64,000 nucleotides of DNA from a virus (lineage: Duplodnaviria > Caudoviricetes). Both the position numbers and the translations under genes were made by a program. The stretch is from positions 8,501 through 72,500 of IMG/VR virus record IMGVR_UViG_3300037423_000611. The stretch is one strand, 5' to 3'. This document shows positions 20,254-31,901 of the stretch, piece after piece. Numbering within the stretch: position 1 is the stretch's first letter; every line of letters starts with the position of its first letter. Below the pieces are notes generated by a model, which was given only the letters and a program-made list of their open reading frames with translations, was not told the DNA's origin and did not search any database.

Positions 20254-20727
20254 CTAATTCAATTCATTCATTTTATAAGCAATATAAATCCCAAAATACT
20301 TATCATTCACGTACATTTCATCCATTTTGTAAAATTGAGGTTTTCCAATTCCAATCCCTCTTTGTTGGTTCATCAACTTATCAATTTCAGACAAAATATA
20401 ATCTGACCTCAACCAACCGTAATCTGTTTGCATCAAGTTAATATGTACCAATACATTAATATAGATATATCCTGATTTAAATGAGGTGTTAACTAAGTCA
20501 TAGTTTCTAAATGACAAAGTGATATAATTGTTTGCATTATCATCTGCCACCGGAACAAATTTATAAGGATAAATTTTGTTGTAGATTAACACACTTGTAT
20601 CTTCAATATCGGGTTGATCTAAAAAATTAGATTGACTATAATTTAATGCCTTACAAATATTTTGAGAACCTAGCAATCGCATCATTATTGTTACTTTGTC
20701 ATTAGATAAATCCATTAATCGACTCAT
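20254..20727 (-). CDS. Putative tail terminator/completion protein
   Basis: 157 aa; RSDYILSEIDKLMN...GIG pattern; synteny. Confidence 0.55.
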   Translation of the reverse strand: MSRLMDLSNDKVTIMMRLLGSQNICKALNYSQSNFLDQPDIEDTSVLIYNKIYPYKFVPVADDNANNYITLSFRNYDLVNTSFKSGYIYINVLVHINLMQTDYGWLRSDYILSEIDKLMNQQRGIGIGKPQFYKMDEMYVNDKYFGIYIAYKMNELN

Positions 20728-20737
20728 TTTACACCTC

Positions 20738-21970
20738 CTAAATCAGACTCTTCATCTGTACTCTAAACCAACCAATGATACTGTTGTCACTCTGCAACAT
20801 AGTTCTTACCTGAACATATCCATTCGTAGCATTATTATTTACAACTGTACAACTCTTACCATCTTGACTTGATATTTTTGCTAATGTAGTAGTGGACACT
20901 TTATCGTCAGCAAATATATCAAATGTGACCAATTGGTCATTTACAACCACACCGTTATTGGTAACAGAACTAGTATACGTACTAGTTTGATTCTGTTTAA
21001 TTACACTAGACCCACTTATACTCACACTGTAATTATCCGTCACTACAGCAACCACATTTACACCTATTGTAGCGTAAATGGATGTATCGCTTGTCATCTC
21101 AACAGTAATTGTAGCACTACCACTCGTCACAGTAGTAACAAGTCCATTGCTATCTACGGTAGATATTGCAGTATCACTACTTGTATAAGTTAAACTTGGA
21201 CTACTCACTATGTTCCCATTGTCTGTAACAGTTATACTAAGTTGTAATGTGGAATTTGCGTTCATGGATACAGATGAACCATTAGTTATGGAGATTGCAT
21301 AGTTATGTGTAATATAATCACACACTCTTAAATCTACATTGTCAGTGGCCTCGTTTACTTGATCCTCTTCTAATGTTAGGTTAATCAGACCTGTGTTCAA
21401 ATTGCTAATGGAATTGACTTTCCAACAACGATTACCATCAAATATAAAACGCTGACCCTTTTTAATTTTAGATGTGTCTGCGTTATTCTGTATGGCAATA
21501 TATCTCCGTTCACTACCTAAAATGAGATAGTTATCTTGGTTGATCCCAAGGCTATTGTTATATGTTGTTGTAATGTAGAATGGGGCTTCTTTGATGGAAC
21601 CTGTGGAATCTTGCCATTTGATGGAAGAGACACACAACTCAATACTCCCTCGTCTATATATGCCACCCATATCATCTACAATCAAAGTCAACCAATAATC
21701 ATTTCCCCATTTAACCAAATCTCCAACAGATAAGGATGTAGAAAGTGCATCATCTGGTTTAGTGGTCAATCGTTTAAGAGATTTAGATTCTGAGTCATCA
21801 ACTATCCACACATCTGAGGGTGTGGGAGAAGAGTTGATGGTTACTTGGTAATAGGAAGGGGAATCATAAAATCCTGAAAGTATGCTTTGTTTCAGTGATT
21901 CCTTTTGAGAACCTAATATGCTTCCACCTCTTGCATCCAACAATTTTCTATAAGTGTCAAGATAACTCAT
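20738..21970 (-). CDS. Head-closure-like protein with C-terminal Ig-like (Big_2-type) domains
   Basis: Ig signature LTYTSSDTAISTVDSNGLVTTVTSGSATITV. Confidence 0.7.
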   Translation of the reverse strand: MSYLDTYRKLLDARGGSILGSQKESLKQSILSGFYDSPSYYQVTINSSPTPSDVWIVDDSESKSLKRLTTKPDDALSTSLSVGDLVKWGNDYWLTLIVDDMGGIYRRGSIELCVSSIKWQDSTGSIKEAPFYITTTYNNSLGINQDNYLILGSERRYIAIQNNADTSKIKKGQRFIFDGNRCWKVNSISNLNTGLINLTLEEDQVNEATDNVDLRVCDYITHNYAISITNGSSVSMNANSTLQLSITVTDNGNIVSSPSLTYTSSDTAISTVDSNGLVTTVTSGSATITVEMTSDTSIYATIGVNVVAVVTDNYSVSISGSSVIKQNQTSTYTSSVTNNGVVVNDQLVTFDIFADDKVSTTTLAKISSQDGKSCTVVNNNATNGYVQVRTMLQSDNSIIGWFRVQMKSLI

Positions 21971-21981
21971 ATGACACCACC

Positions 21982-22386
21982 TCAGTTTGTATAATGGTAA
22001 AGTGTCAATAAATCATTTACGTCACTTTCCAATACTTCTTTTAGATTAGTTATTTCTTTCAAAAGATTAGCCGGACTATATGTGGTGTAATCTTTACTCC
22101 CTAAAGTATTGTATAGATGTTTCTCACTCATTAACTTGGGCATCAGCCACTCTAGCCCCATAAAACTAGCCAATATGTTTTGTTCTTGAAGGCTTAACGT
22201 AATGTTAAATGTCCTATTTAAATCATCGCGATTATTTAAATCTTGAACACAATTATAAAATCTTGAAATTGCGACTTTGAGATATTTATCTGTAATTTCA
22301 TTTACCTCATCATCAAATAGTTTTGCCAATTCAAATGAAGTGATTTTATTTAAGAAAAAATCCCTTATCTCATCATACGAGGTCAT
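21982..22386 (-). CDS. Putative head-tail adaptor
   Basis: 134 aa, downstream of capsid genes. Confidence 0.55.
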   Translation of the reverse strand: MTSYDEIRDFFLNKITSFELAKLFDDEVNEITDKYLKVAISRFYNCVQDLNNRDDLNRTFNITLSLQEQNILASFMGLEWLMPKLMSEKHLYNTLGSKDYTTYSPANLLKEITNLKEVLESDVNDLLTLYHYTN

Positions 22387-22412
22387 TTCAACACCTCTCT
22401 TTATACAATAAA

Positions 22413-22856
22413 TTATTCGACATCTTCATAAATTTTCATTTTTGATTTTGCTTCGATTAGATCAATCTTTGCCTTACTATCAACCTTTAGTTCTCTTGCA
22501 ACCTCAACAAACTGTAAAACAATGGTTTGTTCATCAATTTCACCTAAAGCTTTTTCAAGTTTCTTGTAGTTACCTTGAACTAATTCCACAATTTCATCAT
22601 GACGAAGAACATTTTGATTCGTTTTAGTCCCATCTGGTTGTTCTAATCCAAGTTCTACTCTCTTTTCTTTGTCTTCAATCCAAAGCATTCCTTTTTGAAT
22701 AATTTCTTGATTGATATGAATATAATTTACTTCATCTTCTTCAATATCTAGGAACGCACCTTGTCTTGGTAAAAGTCTAAAAGACTCAGGAGTAGGGTTA
22801 AGATAGAAACCAAGTCCACCATGAATATTATTAACAACTTTAATTTTTCTTCCCAT
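22413..22856 (-). CDS. Hypothetical head-module protein
   Basis: 147 aa with GGAGGA RBS, directly after the capsid gene. Confidence 0.55.
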   Translation of the reverse strand: MGRKIKVVNNIHGGLGFYLNPTPESFRLLPRQGAFLDIEEDEVNYIHINQEIIQKGMLWIEDKEKRVELGLEQPDGTKTNQNVLRHDEIVELVQGNYKKLEKALGEIDEQTIVLQFVEVARELKVDSKAKIDLIEAKSKMKIYEDVE

Positions 22857-22906
22857 TAGAATAAATCCTCCTTATAATAAATAATTATTTTAATAGCAAT
22901 AAATAT

Positions 22907-22938
22907 ACAGAGGGGACAGGGGGATTAATCCCCTCTGT
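22907..22938 (-). terminator. Hairpin after major capsid gene
   Basis: acagagggga / tcccctctgt 10-bp inverted repeat followed by an AT-rich tract. Confidence 0.6.
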
Positions 22939-22948
22939 CAAAATTTAA

Positions 22949-23914
22949 TTAAGAAATAGTAATTAGACCAAGGTTAGGAACTTGAAGTACGTTTACTCCA
23001 ACCTTTTGAAGTGTCTTCTTAGTTACAGAACCATCATCAAAAGATTGTTGTTCAAGCATTTCGGCTCCGCCTTCGAACGTTACTTTTACAGGCTTGTCAG
23101 CCCCAACTGGCATAACGTAGATGTAGTTGTTGCTTAAAGTCCAAGTAGTGTTCGTTTCATCAGTGAATGTATTAGGAAGTTGAACTAGTGCGCGACCTTC
23201 CCATACACCAATAAATCCATCGCGATTGAAAGCGTCTTTCATGGTATCAGACATAGCAGATTTAAAGTTAGAATCACTAGTAATGTTAGATAGTGCAATA
23301 GCAGTACCAACAATTACAGGGCGACCATATGCAGAAACAGTGTTTGCTACGTTACGAACTTGAGCAAGAGAAAACGCACCGGAATACTTATTGGCAGCAG
23401 GTGCAGAACCCATTGCTGTAACGAATGTATTTTGGATAGTCTTTAATACTTCTTCATTGATTGCATCTGCAATTTCATTGATCATATCAGTGAAGGATTC
23501 AGCGCGACCTGCAAGAATATCATCCCACTCAGCATAAACGCTTGCGCCTAATGCTTTAGGTTGAGCAGTAATTTTACCCTTGTAGATTTTTTGTCTACGG
23601 ATTTCAGAACCAAGAGCAACGTATTCAACTTTTAATTTTCCGTTGCGAACGTTGTATTCTTTCTTTTCTCCATGTCCAACATAAGTTACATCAGCAATAA
23701 TATCCAATGCTCCATCAACTTTAACTTTAAGAACTTCATTTACGTTTTCTTTGATGATTGCGTTAATTTCAGTTTTGTTACGATCATAATCCTTGATTAA
23801 AATGCTAAACAACTCGACTAATTCAGCCTTACGTTGTTCCGCAGTTTGTCCTTCTACAGAAGAACGTCCGTATCTTACGTCCATGCAAAGTTCTAAAACT
23901 TTATTCTTATCCAT
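22949..23914 (-). CDS. Major capsid protein (SPbeta YonB-like)
   Basis: 321 aa, strong RBS, follows scaffold and decoration genes and precedes a terminator; strongly biased codon usage. Confidence 0.8.
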   Translation of the reverse strand: MDKNKVLELCMDVRYGRSSVEGQTAEQRKAELVELFSILIKDYDRNKTEINAIIKENVNEVLKVKVDGALDIIADVTYVGHGEKKEYNVRNGKLKVEYVALGSEIRRQKIYKGKITAQPKALGASVYAEWDDILAGRAESFTDMINEIADAINEEVLKTIQNTFVTAMGSAPAANKYSGAFSLAQVRNVANTVSAYGRPVIVGTAIALSNITSDSNFKSAMSDTMKDAFNRDGFIGVWEGRALVQLPNTFTDETNTTWTLSNNYIYVMPVGADKPVKVTFEGGAEMLEQQSFDDGSVTKKTLQKVGVNVLQVPNLGLITIS

Positions 23915-23951
23915 CTATGTATTCCTCCTATTATATAATTGATAATTTTAA

Positions 23952-24422
23952 TTATGCTACTTCAACTTGTAATACAATTGCATCTTTACCATTCAATGCA
24001 GTCTTTTCGATTACACGGAATTTCTGTGCAGGTGGTGTAGTACCAGGGAAAGTGGAAGCAACTGTGAATTTACCTCCAACTTTAGCATAAGCATAATCTC
24101 CAACTACAACAGCAGCAAAATTAGCACGATCTCCACTAAAGTCAATTTGAGTAGTTGTGAAAATGTCATCAACTTCCAATGTGTATACTCTTGCTTCCAT
24201 ACCACCTACTTCATTGCGGAAATCAGACTCATCTAGAGAGTCATAAAGATTTGCAACTGAAGCTACTAAACGCTGTTTTTTAGTTGCATCAGTGGTAGCA
24301 GCAATTTTATTTGTTGCGTAGTTTACCTCTGCCAAAACACCATTTTCAATCGCTGTATCAAAACCATAACCTAAAGCATGTCCTTTTACTAAATCCAATC
24401 TACAAATGCCGTATGCACCCAT
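23952..24422 (-). CDS. Putative capsid decoration protein
   Basis: 156 aa between scaffold and capsid genes. Confidence 0.6.
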   Translation of the reverse strand: MGAYGICRLDLVKGHALGYGFDTAIENGVLAEVNYATNKIAATTDATKKQRLVASVANLYDSLDESDFRNEVGGMEARVYTLEVDDIFTTTQIDFSGDRANFAAVVVGDYAYAKVGGKFTVASTFPGTTPPAQKFRVIEKTALNGKDAIVLQVEVA

Positions 24423-24468
24423 CGTATAATTCCTCCTTATAATTTAAAAAAATTTATTTTATATTTAA

Positions 24469-25959
24469 TTAACCCTGTAAACCGTATTTTTGAAGCAAGG
24501 TTTGAGGGATTAAATCTTCTTGTTTAGAAGCTGTTACTACTACTTGTTCAGTTTTAGAGTTTGTCTCAATAACTTTTTCTTTAGCAATTTCTTCAACTAC
24601 AATACTGTTGAGTTCGATTTCATTGCATTCTTCAAGAGCGTTAACTACTCTTTCAGACTTCATAGTGTCTTCTGGGAGTAATTTTGAAAACTTCTCAACT
24701 AGAGCAGTCTTCTTTGCTTCTTTTTCAGCAACCTCAACCTGTTCTTTGTATTTAGATAGGTCTTCGATTTGGGAGTTTAATTCAGAAACTTGTCCCTCAA
24801 GAGATTTCTTAGACTCTTCTTGGGATACGATAGTTCCGTTTAATTCAGCAACCTTAGAGTTAAGTTCATCAACTTTTACATTTGCAGCATCAAGTTGAGA
24901 TTGAAGTTCTTTAATTTGTTCTTCAGTCATTCCTTGTTCCTCCTTCAATTTGTTATTTAATTCAGTTACTTGCTGCTCTTTATCAACAAGCAACTGATTA
25001 ATATTTGTCCCCACTGGTTGATATGTAATTTCTACTTGTTGCCAAGAATCCTTTGCGTCAAGTGAAACAACGTTGTTTGTAATCGAATAATTAGCCTTAA
25101 ACATCACTGCCGAATTATCCCAGTCTTCTAGAATAACATATGTCTGATACAATTCTCTAATCCAGTAAGTGTATGTTCTTTCATCTGTCTGAGGATCAAT
25201 GGGATTGACGAGATTATACAATTGATCTCTAATATCCCCATATGATAATTCATTAGTTTCAACCTTACCATGATATTTGACTTCATATCCTTTATTAAAT
25301 AAAGCCTTTTCAGGTTTTGACATAGGCTCATCTCCTTTCTTATTTGATTTCAAATCTTGTTGCACAGCACTCGCTACCTCTCTTTGGAAGATATTTGTTA
25401 CTCCAGCATCAGAATCAGCAGGTGTAACAGAACTACCTAATAGACAATTTGCAAGGTAACTATAATTAGTAGGGTATCTATATTGCTTTGTTGGATTATC
25501 TCCAAACTGATATATTTCAACCTCAACAGAACTTGTGCTTTGATTATCATTAAATAGACGTTCTATACAACTCATAATTTGAGGGTATTTATAACTCCAA
25601 ACAACTGCTTTCGCATACAACGCCTTTTTAACTGTTTCATCATTTATTTTATAATCATCTATCCAAACATCAGTAATAGTTCCAATAGCGAGAGTCCTAA
25701 GTTCTACTATATGACCATTTTCGTCAAATACAGGTTCGTGATCACCTAAATCATCTTGAAGTGGATAATAGGAGCAAACAACAGGCTTATCAATAAGAGT
25801 ATTCATAAATTGCTTTGTGTGTTCTTCTCTAAAGTCTAATCCATTTCCATTTACATGGTCTAATTTATGAACCAACATAGTGATTTCTCTTGTATTAGAA
25901 TCTTTATTTGAAATTTCGATGATGGTGGAGTTAAGTGTGAGTTTTTCTGTCACTTTCAC
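24469..25959 (-). CDS. Prohead protease-scaffold fusion (YonD-like)
   Basis: GTG start after AGGAGG. N-terminal protease-like region (HVNGNGLDF, DLGDHE, SSVEVEI) and C-terminal coiled coil. Confidence 0.75.
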   Translation of the reverse strand: MKVTEKLTLNSTIIEISNKDSNTREITMLVHKLDHVNGNGLDFREEHTKQFMNTLIDKPVVCSYYPLQDDLGDHEPVFDENGHIVELRTLAIGTITDVWIDDYKINDETVKKALYAKAVVWSYKYPQIMSCIERLFNDNQSTSSVEVEIYQFGDNPTKQYRYPTNYSYLANCLLGSSVTPADSDAGVTNIFQREVASAVQQDLKSNKKGDEPMSKPEKALFNKGYEVKYHGKVETNELSYGDIRDQLYNLVNPIDPQTDERTYTYWIRELYQTYVILEDWDNSAVMFKANYSITNNVVSLDAKDSWQQVEITYQPVGTNINQLLVDKEQQVTELNNKLKEEQGMTEEQIKELQSQLDAANVKVDELNSKVAELNGTIVSQEESKKSLEGQVSELNSQIEDLSKYKEQVEVAEKEAKKTALVEKFSKLLPEDTMKSERVVNALEECNEIELNSIVVEEIAKEKVIETNSKTEQVVVTASKQEDLIPQTLLQKYGLQG

Positions 25960-26089
25960 ATTCACCTCCTTTCGAACATGAATCACATTCACATTTTTTA
26001 CTTGTGCCAAATTCTAACCATGATAATTCTTTTGTGGATTGACTGTTAAGTTCAGATGTAGAGAAATGCTGCCATTGTTTTTGAGACAT
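25931..26089 (-). CDS. Small Cys-cluster protein (52 aa) between portal and protease
   Basis: ATG 26089 after AAAGGTGGTGAT; MSQKQWQHFSTSELNSQSTKELSWLEFGTSKKCECDSCSKGGECESDRKTHT. Confidence 0.55.
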   Translation of the reverse strand: MSQKQWQHFSTSELNSQSTKELSWLEFGTSKKCECDSCSKGGECESDRKTHT

Positions 26090-26102
26090 AGTATCACCAC
26101 CT

Positions 26103-27623
26103 TTAATCTGAAGGGGATGGATTATCATTGGACCCATTGCCCTGACTCTTTGCCGTATTATCATTGGTTGGATTTGAATTAGACGGTCTTCCACCTGAAT
26201 TATCCCCTGATTGCGTGTATGAGGTAATATGAATAGGAAGAATTTCATCCAATTTAAGAACTTCATTCTCATATTTAACTTGGGCAAGCCAGTGATCGAA
26301 GTCATATCCGGCAGACTCAACATAATGTTTGAGACTTCCACGACCTTTAAGATATAAAGATTCGGCTTGTTTAAAACCTGTCTCTTTGTCGAGAATAGTT
26401 GCACGACTAAATTTAATTTTAGGATTAAAGTTGCCACTTGGCACAAGGAAACTCATATATTCATTTAGAGCCTCTTCTACATCTTTAACTAAATAGAAAA
26501 TAATAGAATAAATTTTCTCTACGTTTATGGTGCTGGAACCAAAACTTTGTCCATTACCACCACCTGAGTTAAGGCTCTGACTATAACCCAACTTTTTGTA
26601 AATATCACTATCAATTCGTTCCCATATTTCTTTTGGAAAAGTAGTCATATTTATTTCCAACTCCTGTATTTCTACAAAAGAAGGAACGGTTAAAGGCGCA
26701 GTGGAAGCATTGTCCGTAGAAGCACTATCATATTTCTTCTGTAATAGGCTTTTAAGATTATTGTGATATTGTTGCACAAGTTCTTTTGGAACAGGCAAGC
26801 TTGTTTTCCCATCTTGTCCTATCAAATTACCAATCTTTTGCACGATAATTTGATTAGTTATACGATCAGCTAATGCCTTCTCAGTTTTCTCAAGTAAATC
26901 TTTATGTATGATCGAACTTAAGGCAGGAATGCAATAAGGAATGCCAAATGGTTCATTCCTTGAACCTCTTAATTTAAACACTTGTGTTTTTTTGATATCC
27001 AATGGAACATATCTTTTAGATGAGTCCTTTTTGTAGGCATTGTAGATACCTATAGTTACTTCATCAGGAGCAGCATTAATTTGTTGCTCTAATCCATCCT
27101 TTAATTTAAATGAATCAAAGTAACTTAAATCAAACAAAACCTGCCACTTTCCATCAACCATGTATTCAATTCTTATCTGCTCATTATCCAAAAATTGGAT
27201 ATATTTATTTTTACGATTATACCAAACGCATGTTCCTTCTTGAATTACAGTAAATATGGTGTCGCGTGTGAGCCTGTCAACTTTAATGGAATTGAGGAAA
27301 GTATCTATAGTTTTCTTTTTTGAATTAAAACTTTTTTGCTGCATATTTTCCCAAAGAATAGAATAACTAAGAATTGGGAGAACGTTAAAAAGATCGTAAA
27401 CGTCAGTTACGATTCCTTCTTTGTTGTAGTAATATTTACTTAATTTAATTAATTGTTTCCTGTAGCGTGGAGGATTCTTTAGCCATGTCAGGAGGTCTTT
27501 GATGCTTACATCAACTAATCCTGCACCACTTGAAAAAGACTGAATCCATTCAGCAAACGAAGCCAATTCATAAAAAGATTGGTCTATTAAAGATTTATTT
27601 TCTATTGTAATCACCCCTTTCAA
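26103..27623 (-). CDS. Portal protein (YonE-like)
   Basis: 506 aa directly after the terminase; RGSRNEPFGIPY motif; low-complexity C-terminal tail. Confidence 0.8.
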   Translation of the reverse strand: MKGVITIENKSLIDQSFYELASFAEWIQSFSSGAGLVDVSIKDLLTWLKNPPRYRKQLIKLSKYYYNKEGIVTDVYDLFNVLPILSYSILWENMQQKSFNSKKKTIDTFLNSIKVDRLTRDTIFTVIQEGTCVWYNRKNKYIQFLDNEQIRIEYMVDGKWQVLFDLSYFDSFKLKDGLEQQINAAPDEVTIGIYNAYKKDSSKRYVPLDIKKTQVFKLRGSRNEPFGIPYCIPALSSIIHKDLLEKTEKALADRITNQIIVQKIGNLIGQDGKTSLPVPKELVQQYHNNLKSLLQKKYDSASTDNASTAPLTVPSFVEIQELEINMTTFPKEIWERIDSDIYKKLGYSQSLNSGGGNGQSFGSSTINVEKIYSIIFYLVKDVEEALNEYMSFLVPSGNFNPKIKFSRATILDKETGFKQAESLYLKGRGSLKHYVESAGYDFDHWLAQVKYENEVLKLDEILPIHITSYTQSGDNSGGRPSNSNPTNDNTAKSQGNGSNDNPSPSD

Positions 27624-27626
27624 TGG

Positions 27627-29408
27627 TTAGTTGTAGAAGAAGAAATTGTAATCATCGTGATTATCTTCTTTAAACAATGACCTTTCCAATTCAGATGCGA
27701 TAAAGTTTCCGTATGTTACAGAACTATAACGGTCTTTGCGCTTGGATCTTGGCTCCTTGAGTTTAATTAAACCACTATCTGTTCTTTCTCCTTCAAGGTT
27801 AATCATTTCGTTAATAAGAAGAGTGGTTTGAATAAATGGTGCTTCAAAAGTTGTTTGTATGTCCAAAGGCAAATCTTTAAATTTACTAAGTTTCTTTAAA
27901 AACTCTTTTCCTTCAAGTTCACTTGTAAGTAATTTTACTTTACCTCTTTTTAATCCATCTCGAAGAGTTATAGCGCATTCACTATTGAATTGAGCATTAC
28001 CCTTGATGCTATAAATAACTTTTTTGGCTTGAGGATATGCGCATCTATCGCTCATTTTTTCGTCATTTATACAATTCCAAGGTTCGTATTCTTTATTTCT
28101 GTCTTTGTCATAAAGTGGTTGAACTAATTGGTCATAAATTCCAAGACCAATACTCTGTGTATCTAGAACAAGATAATCACAATCAAAGTCTTCATATAAC
28201 TGTCTAATTCTTGTGGCCTGCGTAACAGTATGACCGCCCACCATGCTCTCCATGTAAACAATATGGCGGTCAAAACCCTTAGAAGTTGGAATTAATCTAA
28301 AAATAGTGTACACACTGGCATCGTTCTCTTTTCCTGCCATACCTGCAATATCACAACTTATGAGTCTAATTTCGCCCATTCTCTTTGTTTCATATGTGAA
28401 ATTTTTATCTTTGACTATTGAATAATAATCTTTAGGGTATAAAGGCCTTGGCAACTTTCTATTTTTCTCAAGTTCCTCAAATTTAAAGAATGCTTTTTCT
28501 GATTCACCAAAGAATAGACATTCCATCTCCATATACCATGCGACCTCATCGAAATCATCTTCTGACATTTCATCTTTTACTTGTTCTTCATCAAGTAAAT
28601 TCTCTTTAATTGCCAATTGGTACGGCAAACCACAAACAAAATATTGTTTACCTTCTGACATTGAATTAAAGAAACTCTTTAACTTTTCCCATGACCAATG
28701 GTGTTGGTACCACGCGGAACTTAAATATATTTCCTTGTTTCTTTCTTTCAAGTGTGCATATTCGGGTTTATTTAAATATTTTGGCTGTCTCGGAGCAGAA
28801 AGGAATTTACGCAAAACAGTGTTTATAATACTTAAATCAATCATTCGAAACTCGTCAGCGATAATACAGTTTGCTCTTTTACTTCGCGCATTCTGATTCG
28901 AAGCGACTACTTTTATCCAACTACCATTGTGAAATTCTACCTTTGGGTCATTTGATGAAGTACTTAAATCACTAATCTCTCTATGTAAGTTAGGCGAATT
29001 TTTCCTAAGATCATCTATCTTTTCAATTACTTCTCTTGCTTGACCTTTAGTACCACTGGCTATGACAATTTTCGTTTCAGGCCAAAGTATTGCCCGAACG
29101 CAACAGTAGATCGCAGTAATCCAAGTTTTTCCTTGACCTCTAGAAGCAAGATACATAAAATAGTGATTGTAATTCATCATATACATCAAAATAACTTGAA
29201 ATAATTTTAGATGTATACCTAAATATTCTCTTACAAATCTATGTGGATTTGCTCTATAGAAACTTGCCCAAATACCAATACCATTCATTAATTTATCTGA
29301 CTTTGTTAATTTGTCGTTGTTTTTGTTAAAATTACGACCTTTATTAAATATATTGATACCTTTGTGTTCTTTGTTTCTTTGAACTTGGAAGTTTTGAATT
29401 CCAGCCAT
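27627..29408 (-). CDS. terL: Terminase large subunit
   Basis: Walker A ASRGQGKT, Walker B IIADEF, nuclease motifs SCDIA and KDRYS. Confidence 0.92.
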   Translation of the reverse strand: MAGIQNFQVQRNKEHKGINIFNKGRNFNKNNDKLTKSDKLMNGIGIWASFYRANPHRFVREYLGIHLKLFQVILMYMMNYNHYFMYLASRGQGKTWITAIYCCVRAILWPETKIVIASGTKGQAREVIEKIDDLRKNSPNLHREISDLSTSSNDPKVEFHNGSWIKVVASNQNARSKRANCIIADEFRMIDLSIINTVLRKFLSAPRQPKYLNKPEYAHLKERNKEIYLSSAWYQHHWSWEKLKSFFNSMSEGKQYFVCGLPYQLAIKENLLDEEQVKDEMSEDDFDEVAWYMEMECLFFGESEKAFFKFEELEKNRKLPRPLYPKDYYSIVKDKNFTYETKRMGEIRLISCDIAGMAGKENDASVYTIFRLIPTSKGFDRHIVYMESMVGGHTVTQATRIRQLYEDFDCDYLVLDTQSIGLGIYDQLVQPLYDKDRNKEYEPWNCINDEKMSDRCAYPQAKKVIYSIKGNAQFNSECAITLRDGLKRGKVKLLTSELEGKEFLKKLSKFKDLPLDIQTTFEAPFIQTTLLINEMINLEGERTDSGLIKLKEPRSKRKDRYSSVTYGNFIASELERSLFKEDNHDDYNFFFYN

Positions 29409-29409
29409 T

Positions 29410-30345
29410 CTATACCACACCCTTATCCGAATCTTCCTCAAACTCAGGTGCTTCCACTTTATATTTATTAATTTCTTCATCGTACTCTTTTGAATGTTCA
29501 TTTTTAATTCCTAGCATCTTACTCAAATGACCAAGGAACCAAACATTGACATACTTACGTACTCCATCTACGTCTTTCCATGCTTCATCCGGTTCTGGAA
29601 TAGGCTTTTCATTCTCATACTTTTTAATAAGAGTGCCAAATGTAGCCTGTTCAACAGCATTTGCACCTGTTTCTTGGGCAGGTTTAATATTAGCACTTCC
29701 AAGCAAATCTTGTAGGGTTTTTAATTCTTTATCAACCGAATCGCCTTTTTCACGTCTCTTTTTAATAGTCAAACGCTGTTGTGCTGCTTCTTGAAATAAT
29801 AATTCCATAGCATAAGAGTCACATTCGTAAGAGTTCAACAATCTTTGATATTCATTGGTTAAAAAATAATACTCATCTTGGTTCAGACCTCTTCCCCAAA
29901 ATTCTTGTAACTCATACAACTCTTCTGTGGTGAATAATGGATTATTATTTTTTATATCTAGTTCAATATTATCTTTGTCTACTGTTTTATAAACAATTTG
30001 TTGATTTGATGCATTGAAATCACTATCAGCAAATGTTTTTCCTCTATACTGAGGAAAAGAACTCAATTGAGGTATGTATTTAGTCCAATCACTTCCTCTG
30101 CTTATCCACAAATCCATGATTAGAGGTTTATTTAAAATAGCCAAGACCATTTTTACACGATCTAAATATCCAACACTGTCTTTTTCACCAATGTAATCAT
30201 TTAAACATTTTTTACAAATTACAGATTTTTGAGTTGAAAACAACTCATTCTCATTCATATAATAATTAGAATCAGCTAATTGTCTTTTACACTTTAAACA
30301 TTCCAATTTTTCAGATTGGGGTTTTTGAACTTTTTTTCGTGCCAT
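29410..30345 (-). CDS. Putative terminase small subunit
   Basis: CLKC/CKKC Zn motifs; directly upstream of terL. Confidence 0.6.
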   Translation of the reverse strand: MARKKVQKPQSEKLECLKCKRQLADSNYYMNENELFSTQKSVICKKCLNDYIGEKDSVGYLDRVKMVLAILNKPLIMDLWISRGSDWTKYIPQLSSFPQYRGKTFADSDFNASNQQIVYKTVDKDNIELDIKNNNPLFTTEELYELQEFWGRGLNQDEYYFLTNEYQRLLNSYECDSYAMELLFQEAAQQRLTIKKRREKGDSVDKELKTLQDLLGSANIKPAQETGANAVEQATFGTLIKKYENEKPIPEPDEAWKDVDGVRKYVNVWFLGHLSKMLGIKNEHSKEYDEEINKYKVEAPEFEEDSDKGVV

Positions 30346-30386
30346 TGTCTCACCACCTTTTTTGCAAAACAAAACAAAAAGAGGTG

Positions 30387-31667
30387 TTATAAGCACACCT
30401 CTTGCTGGTTATCTAATAATTCTTTTCTAAATTGATAATAGCTTTTTAAATCTCCGTAATCATAACCAATTTGATATTGGCTACACTTTACATCTCCTGA
30501 ATCAATATCAAATTCTATCCATGAATGACCAGACTGAAAATATTTTTTCGCATAACTAATCATTTCAATTATTTTATTGTCAGATGGTAAACAATCTTTT
30601 CTTGATGTTATTGCAATTTCCTTCCACCCTCTTCGTCTCAAAGCATAGCGTCTTTCTCTTTCATATACTTCAAATTCTTCTTTTGTCTTTTGACCAAAAT
30701 GTATTGCTAACCAATGTCCCGATCCATTGTATTCAATATAAAATTTATCTTCTAGGAATGCCACATCCAATGAAGATGTAAATACTGGATAATTTATCTT
30801 TCCACTTAGTAAATTAGCTATATGTCGCTGTTGCATTGAAACAGGTGCAGTTTGGTTATTATACATTGTTTGCCTTCTTTTAGCATCAGCACATCTTTGA
30901 CATCTAGCTCCATTAAGTAAATTGTATAGAATAGTGTAATCTTCTTTTCCACACTCGCACCTATATCTCATTGCCGTGGAACTATTTATATATTCTTCTT
31001 CAGTAATTAATAACTCGCAGTTTTCATCTTTAAATAGTTCAACAACTTCTTCAAATGGTACTCTATTCTTTTCAGAAATCATTCGAAGTTTACATACGTT
31101 ACATCTTTGACCTGCTTGAAACTTATCAAATGAAGTATTCCCTTCATTTCCACAATCACATATATAATTTAACTTTTCTTTGGCGCTATTGTATGTCTTA
31201 GAAAGTAATATACAGCCACTAGATTCAAATATATTTTTAACATAATCATATGTTAACTTTAAGTTTTCACTAATCTTTTTTAGACCGCAGTTATAACACA
31301 ATCGGCCAGAAGACAGTGCCATTAAACTAATTTTATTTTTCTCTCCGCAAACACATATGAAGTCCAACAATTCTGTGCTGTTTTTGTAAGTTGTGGATAG
31401 AAGAGCGCATCCAACCTCTTCAAATCTACGCTTAACTTCATCATAAGTTAATCTTCTAATGTTCCCACACTTTACTTTCTTGCATTCTTCACACCTTTTA
31501 CCTCGTTTAAAATTATCAAAGTTTGTTGTAGATTTATTCCCACAAACACAAATATAATCAAGTATATCTTTCTGTTTTGTAAAAGAAGTGCTTAACAAAA
31601 AACATCCTTGTTCTAAAAAATAATTAAATATTTCTTCATAAGTCCAGCGCTTTCTTTTATTTTCCAC
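30387..31667 (-). CDS. Putative free-standing endonuclease with about five Cys-rich Zn-ribbon repeats and a C-terminal Vsr/DUF559-like domain
   Basis: Repeats of type GC.LLS..Y......L.YIC.CG.......F..GxRC..C; C-terminal SLDVAFLEDKFYIEYNGSGHW. Confidence 0.7.
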   Translation of the reverse strand: MENKRKRWTYEEIFNYFLEQGCFLLSTSFTKQKDILDYICVCGNKSTTNFDNFKRGKRCEECKKVKCGNIRRLTYDEVKRRFEEVGCALLSTTYKNSTELLDFICVCGEKNKISLMALSSGRLCYNCGLKKISENLKLTYDYVKNIFESSGCILLSKTYNSAKEKLNYICDCGNEGNTSFDKFQAGQRCNVCKLRMISEKNRVPFEEVVELFKDENCELLITEEEYINSSTAMRYRCECGKEDYTILYNLLNGARCQRCADAKRRQTMYNNQTAPVSMQQRHIANLLSGKINYPVFTSSLDVAFLEDKFYIEYNGSGHWLAIHFGQKTKEEFEVYERERRYALRRRGWKEIAITSRKDCLPSDNKIIEMISYAKKYFQSGHSWIEFDIDSGDVKCSQYQIGYDYGDLKSYYQFRKELLDNQQEVCL

Positions 31668-31671
31668 ACCT

Positions 31672-31806
31672 CATCAATCCCCCTGTCAGATTGTTTCCTG
31701 ATATGTAAAAAGTAGAGGAGAGGGTTCAGGAATACCCTCAATCAAGGCTCGCGACTTCCTTGGTTTTCCCCTAAGTAAAATTTACCACATAATTCATAAT
31801 ATGTAT
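31672..31806 (-). ncRNA. Promoter plus structured 5' leader C
   Basis: TGG-TAAAAT extended -10; outer stem UAGGGGA/UCCUCUA plus U-run; inner loop containing UCGCGA; loop UUCCUGA complementary to downstream UCAGGAA. Confidence 0.6.
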
Positions 31807-31901
31807 ATATTTTTTTTAAAGATTACTAATAATTTTATATCTATAAAAAGAATCCTAACACAGTGTCCACCATTCAGGTAGACACTGAATAATACTCTTT
31901 T

